50,778 bases of DNA from an uncultured Gemmatimonadota bacterium. Its GTDB lineage: Bacteria; Gemmatimonadota; Gemmatimonadetes; Palauibacterales; Palauibacteraceae. Under the pieces are notes generated by a model, which made no database searches, was not told the DNA's origin, and saw only the letters and a list, made by a program, of their open reading frames with translations. This document shows positions 47,392 to 50,778 of this stretch, piece by piece; within the stretch, counting starts at the first letter, position 1, and the number at the start of each line of letters is the position of its first letter. The position numbers and the translations under genes are program-made. The DNA is taken from positions 1 through 50,778 of the forward strand of contig CAZTGV010000006.1 of NCBI GenBank assembly GCA_964613475.1, written 5' to 3'.

Positions 47392-48324
47392 TTGCGGAAG
47401 ATCACCGTCGTGGGGGCCGGCCACGTGGGGGCCACCGCGGCCCAGCGGATCGCCGAGCGCGAGCTGGCCCGCGAGGTCGTGCTGGTCGACATCGTCGAGG
47501 GCCTCCCGCAGGGCAAGGCGCTGGATCAGTGGGAGTCCGCCCCGGTGGAGGGCTTCGACACGCGCCTGCGCGGCACGAACGGCTACGAGGAGACGGCCGG
47601 CTCCGGGATCGTGGTCGTCACCGCGGGGCTGGCCCGCAAGCCGGGCATGAGTCGCGACGACCTGGTCGCCAAGAACGCCTCGATCGTGGGCGGGATCGCC
47701 GAGGAGATCCGGCGGCACAGCCCCGCGGCCATCGTCGTGATGGTCACCAACCCGTTGGACGTCATGGCCTGGGTGGCCAAGGAGACGACGGGCTTCCCGC
47801 GCGAGCGCGTCGTGGGAATGGCCGGCATCCTGGACACCGCCCGCTTCCGGAGCTTCATCGCGCTGGAGCTGGACGTCAGCGTGGAGGACGTGCAGGCGCT
47901 GGTGCTCGGGGGACACGGTGACAGCATGGTGCCGCTCGTCAGCACCGTCTCGGTGGGCGGGATCCCGCTGGCCCAGCTGCTTCCGGAGGACCGGATCGAG
48001 GCCCTGGTCGAGCGGACCCGGAAGGGCGGGGGAGAGATCGTGGGGCTCCTCAAGGAGGGGAGCGCCTACTACGCGCCATCGGCCGCGGTCGCGCAGATGT
48101 GCGAGTCGATCGTCCGCGACAAGAAGCGCCTGCTGCCGTGCGCCGCCTGGCTGGAGGGCGAGTACGGCCTGGAGGGGCTCTTCCTGGGCGTCCCGTGCAA
48201 GCTCGGGCGCGGCGGGCTGGAGGCGATCCTCGAGGTGGATCTCACCGGGGCGGAGCGGGACGCGCTCCACCGTTCGGCCGAGGACGTCCGGGCGACGATG
48301 GAGGCGGTGAGCCTGCCCGCCTGA
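47392..48324 (+). CDS. mdh: Malate dehydrogenase (LDH-like)
   Basis: GAGHVG, ARKPGMSRDDL, NPLD, LDTARF, GGHGD, GSAYYAP; TTG start. Confidence 0.95.
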   Translation: MRKITVVGAGHVGATAAQRIAERELAREVVLVDIVEGLPQGKALDQWESAPVEGFDTRLRGTNGYEETAGSGIVVVTAGLARKPGMSRDDLVAKNASIVGGIAEEIRRHSPAAIVVMVTNPLDVMAWVAKETTGFPRERVVGMAGILDTARFRSFIALELDVSVEDVQALVLGGHGDSMVPLVSTVSVGGIPLAQLLPEDRIEALVERTRKGGGEIVGLLKEGSAYYAPSAAVAQMCESIVRDKKRLLPCAAWLEGEYGLEGLFLGVPCKLGRGGLEAILEVDLTGAERDALHRSAEDVRATMEAVSLPA

Positions 48325-48366
48325 AAACCGCGGTCGAGGCCGCGCTGCCGCCCCGCCGCGACGCCG

Positions 48367-49716
48367 TCAGGTGATCGGCACCTCGGCCTCGTGCAGGGGC
48401 CGGCGGATCGACAGCCCGGGCTCGTCGGCCAGGGGCACCTCGCGCGGCGCCGCCAGCGGCGTCCAATCCTCGTCCCACAGCACCTCCACCGTGGGGCGCA
48501 TCAGGTTCTCCGGGTTCCCGGCTACCACGCGTCCGATCTCTCCGCTGCTCAGGAGCACGTAGCTGTCCGGGGGGAAGACGGAGATCTCGTCGGTGAGCGC
48601 GTCCACCACCTCCGGGTGGAAGTGCTCGCCCCGCAGCGCGATTACCTTCTCGAGCGCCTCGTAGGAGGTGAAGGGCGAGCGGTAGGCCCGGGCGTGCGAG
48701 AACGCCTCGAACACGTCCGCGACCCCCAGGATGCGCGCGACCGGGTCGATCGCCTCGCCGGACCGTCCCTCGGGATAGCCCTGTCCGCCGTGCCGCTCGT
48801 GCTCCTGGGCCACGGCCCGCTCGAGCCATTCGTACTCGGGCCCGAGGCCCCGCACGATCTCGGCTCCGTGCTCCGGGTGCCGCTGCATCTCCTCGCGCTC
48901 CGGCGGGGTGAGCGGTCCCTCCTTGCGGAGGATCCGGTCGGGAAGACGCATCATCCCGAGGTCGTGCAGGAGCCCGGCCTGGAGCACCCGGAGCGTGTCC
49001 GAGATCGGGTACTCGAGCCCGAGCGCGATCTTCCCCGCGATGATCGCCACGTTCGCGCAGTGCGCCGGGAGCTCGAACCGCTTGTACGGCTCGAGCGCGC
49101 GGAGGAGCAGCAGGTTGCTCTGGAGCAGGGAGGTGTGGAGACGCTCGGCGAGCAGCCGCGCCGCCTCCATGTCCGGTGCCGTCCCGGCGGCGCGGGCCCG
49201 CTCGAACGCCTCGCGCACGTAGCGCTCGGCGTCCCCGTACAGCGGCCGGGCGCTGAAGCGGCCCGGACGCCGGAGCTGGAGGGTCGGCTCGGCCCCGCCG
49301 GACCCGGCGGAAGCGGCCGCGGGGCGTTCCAGGAGCGCGCGCGCCAGCGCGACCAACGTCTCGGCGCGGAACGGCCGGACGAGCCAGTGGCCGGCCCCTT
49401 CCGGCGGTTCGGCCTCGGCTGGCAGCAGCAGGAGGACCCGGGCGGGAGACGGGCCGTCCCGGTCGGCGACCGCGCTCCGGAGCGCGGTCGCCTCCTCCGC
49501 GGGACCGGCCGCGTCCAGCACGACCAGGGAGGCGGTGGAGTCCCGAAGCGCCCGGCGCGCCTCGTCGGCGCCGCGGGCCGCCCGGAGCTCCGGGTCCACC
49601 TCGCGGAGCGCGGCCAGGACGGCCGCGTCCCGTTCGCCCTCGGTCGGGAGGAGCGCGAGCACCATCTCCCGCCCTCCGTCCTCCCGCCTGCCGGTCTCGT
49701 CTCGCGTCTTCGCCAT
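48367..49716 (-). CDS. HD-GYP domain phosphodiesterase with degenerate REC-like N-terminus
   Basis: LHDLGM, HPEHG, HERHGGQGYP, VADVFEA, RAYR; GGGAGG RBS. Confidence 0.88.
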   Translation of the reverse strand: MAKTRDETGRREDGGREMVLALLPTEGERDAAVLAALREVDPELRAARGADEARRALRDSTASLVVLDAAGPAEEATALRSAVADRDGPSPARVLLLLPAEAEPPEGAGHWLVRPFRAETLVALARALLERPAAASAGSGGAEPTLQLRRPGRFSARPLYGDAERYVREAFERARAAGTAPDMEAARLLAERLHTSLLQSNLLLLRALEPYKRFELPAHCANVAIIAGKIALGLEYPISDTLRVLQAGLLHDLGMMRLPDRILRKEGPLTPPEREEMQRHPEHGAEIVRGLGPEYEWLERAVAQEHERHGGQGYPEGRSGEAIDPVARILGVADVFEAFSHARAYRSPFTSYEALEKVIALRGEHFHPEVVDALTDEISVFPPDSYVLLSSGEIGRVVAGNPENLMRPTVEVLWDEDWTPLAAPREVPLADEPGLSIRRPLHEAEVPIT

Positions 49717-49893
49717 TGTGGCCTCCCTCTCCCTGCCTCCCGTCCGGGCCGGCCGCCCCACCCTCCGAAGGCGGCGGCCCGGTCGCCGGGCCGAGCCGCC
49801 GCGGGACCGCGACGCCCGACCCGCGACGCCCGGCGTCACGCCCCACAACATACATCGGCTGGCGTTGCCCTGCCCGCCCGATAGGTTGCGGGC

Positions 49894-50262
49894 ATGCCGA
49901 AGCTCTTCCTGCTCCTCGGCGCGCTCGCGGCGTTCCTCTCGGTCGCCGCCGGGGCGTTCGGCGCCCACGGGCTGCGTGGCCGGGTGGATCCGGCCGGCCT
50001 CGCGGTCTTCGAGACGGCCGCCCGGTACCAGATGTACCACGCCCTCGCGCTGCTGATCGTGGCGTGGGCCGCGACGCGGTGGCCGGCGGCGGGATGGCCC
50101 ATCGCCGGCTGGCTCTTCGTGGCCGGCCTCGTCGTCTTCCCCGGGACGCTCTACCTGCTCGCGCTCGGCGGGCCGCGCTGGCTGGGGGCCGTGACGCCGG
50201 TCGGAGGCCTCTGCTTCCTGGCCGGCTGGATCGCCTTCGCGGTCGCCGCGCTCCGCGCCTGA
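49894..50262 (+). CDS. DUF423 family membrane protein
   Basis: GAFGAHGL, FETAARYQMYHAL, GAVTPVGG. Confidence 0.92.
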   Translation: MPKLFLLLGALAAFLSVAAGAFGAHGLRGRVDPAGLAVFETAARYQMYHALALLIVAWAATRWPAAGWPIAGWLFVAGLVVFPGTLYLLALGGPRWLGAVTPVGGLCFLAGWIAFAVAALRA

Positions 50263-50329
50263 GCGGTCCTCACCGCTCCGGCGCCCGGGGCGCGCCCAAG
50301 CGCTCCGCGCCCGGGAGGCGGCCGGCGGC

Positions 50330-50776
50330 TCAGAGGCGGGGCGGCGTCACCCCGCGCTGCCCCTGGTACTTCCCCCGCTTGTCCGCGTAGCTCACCTCGC
50401 ACGGCTCATCCGACTCGAAGAAGAGCACCTGGGCGATGCCCTCGTTCGCGTAGATGCGAGCCGGCAGCGGGGTCGTGTTGCTGATCTCCAGCGTCACGTA
50501 GCCCTCCCACTCCGGCTCGAAGGGCGTGACGTTCGTGATGATCCCGCACCGGGCGTAGGTCGACTTGCCGACACAGATCGTCAGGACGTCGCGCGGGATC
50601 CGGAAGTACTCGACCGAGCGGGCCAGCGCGAAGGAATTCGGCGGGATGATGCAGTCCTCGCCCTGGACCTCCAGGAAGGAGCGCGCGTCGAACGCCTTGG
50701 GGTCGACCAGCGGGGAGAGGGCATTGTGGAAGATCCGGAACTCGTCGGCCACCCGCATGTCGTAGCCGTAGCTGCT
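50330..50776 (-). CDS. dcd: dCTP deaminase (N-terminus beyond the right edge)
   Basis: [42 protein letters not shown]. Confidence 0.95.
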   Translation of the reverse strand, partial: SSYGYDMRVADEFRIFHNALSPLVDPKAFDARSFLEVQGEDCIIPPNSFALARSVEYFRIPRDVLTICVGKSTYARCGIITNVTPFEPEWEGYVTLEISNTTPLPARIYANEGIAQVLFFESDEPCEVSYADKRGKYQGQRGVTPPRL

Positions 50777-50778
50777 GA

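Overview
Very high-GC bacterial chromosomal window. Gene content and small lineage-type proteins suggest Gemmatimonadota (inference). The left ~10 kb is an accessory envelope/signalling locus: end of an RND permease, a secreted protein with two carboxypeptidase-regulatory-like domains and a barrel-less TonB plug, a beta-propeller lipoprotein, a divergent alpha/beta-hydrolase-DUF4019 lipoprotein, an ECF sigma factor, and a large zinc-finger anti-sigma with TPR-like and CxxC-less thioredoxin-like domains. It continues with a hidden 65-aa secreted Cys-containing peptide gene nested in the +1 frame of the anti-sigma tail and a BF3164/TolB-like beta-propeller. This cassette is the best candidate for an undescribed peptide signalling/export system. 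From 10 to 25 kb: beta-carbonic anhydrase, cyclophilin, a REC-lipoprotein-histidine kinase trio, an OM barrel, DmpA peptidase, ETF-QO, acyltransferase, citrate synthase, PepA and a TonB-receptor-like protein. From 25.6 to 40 kb: a core run yicC-gmk-rpoZ-coaBC-udg-dnaB-radA-ispD-tsaC-LMW phosphatase-aroE-comF-gap-pgk-tpiA-secG, preceded by an AT-rich island containing an NrdR-box-like palindrome. From 40 to 50.8 kb: an RNase HI with a rewired active site, carA, sppA, HU/IHF, an aminotransferase, a MoaD-MoaE fusion, moaA, mdh, an HD-GYP protein, DUF423 and partial dcd. I saw no CRISPR array, rRNA, tRNA or transposase. All calls come from motif recognition by eye; no searches were run.
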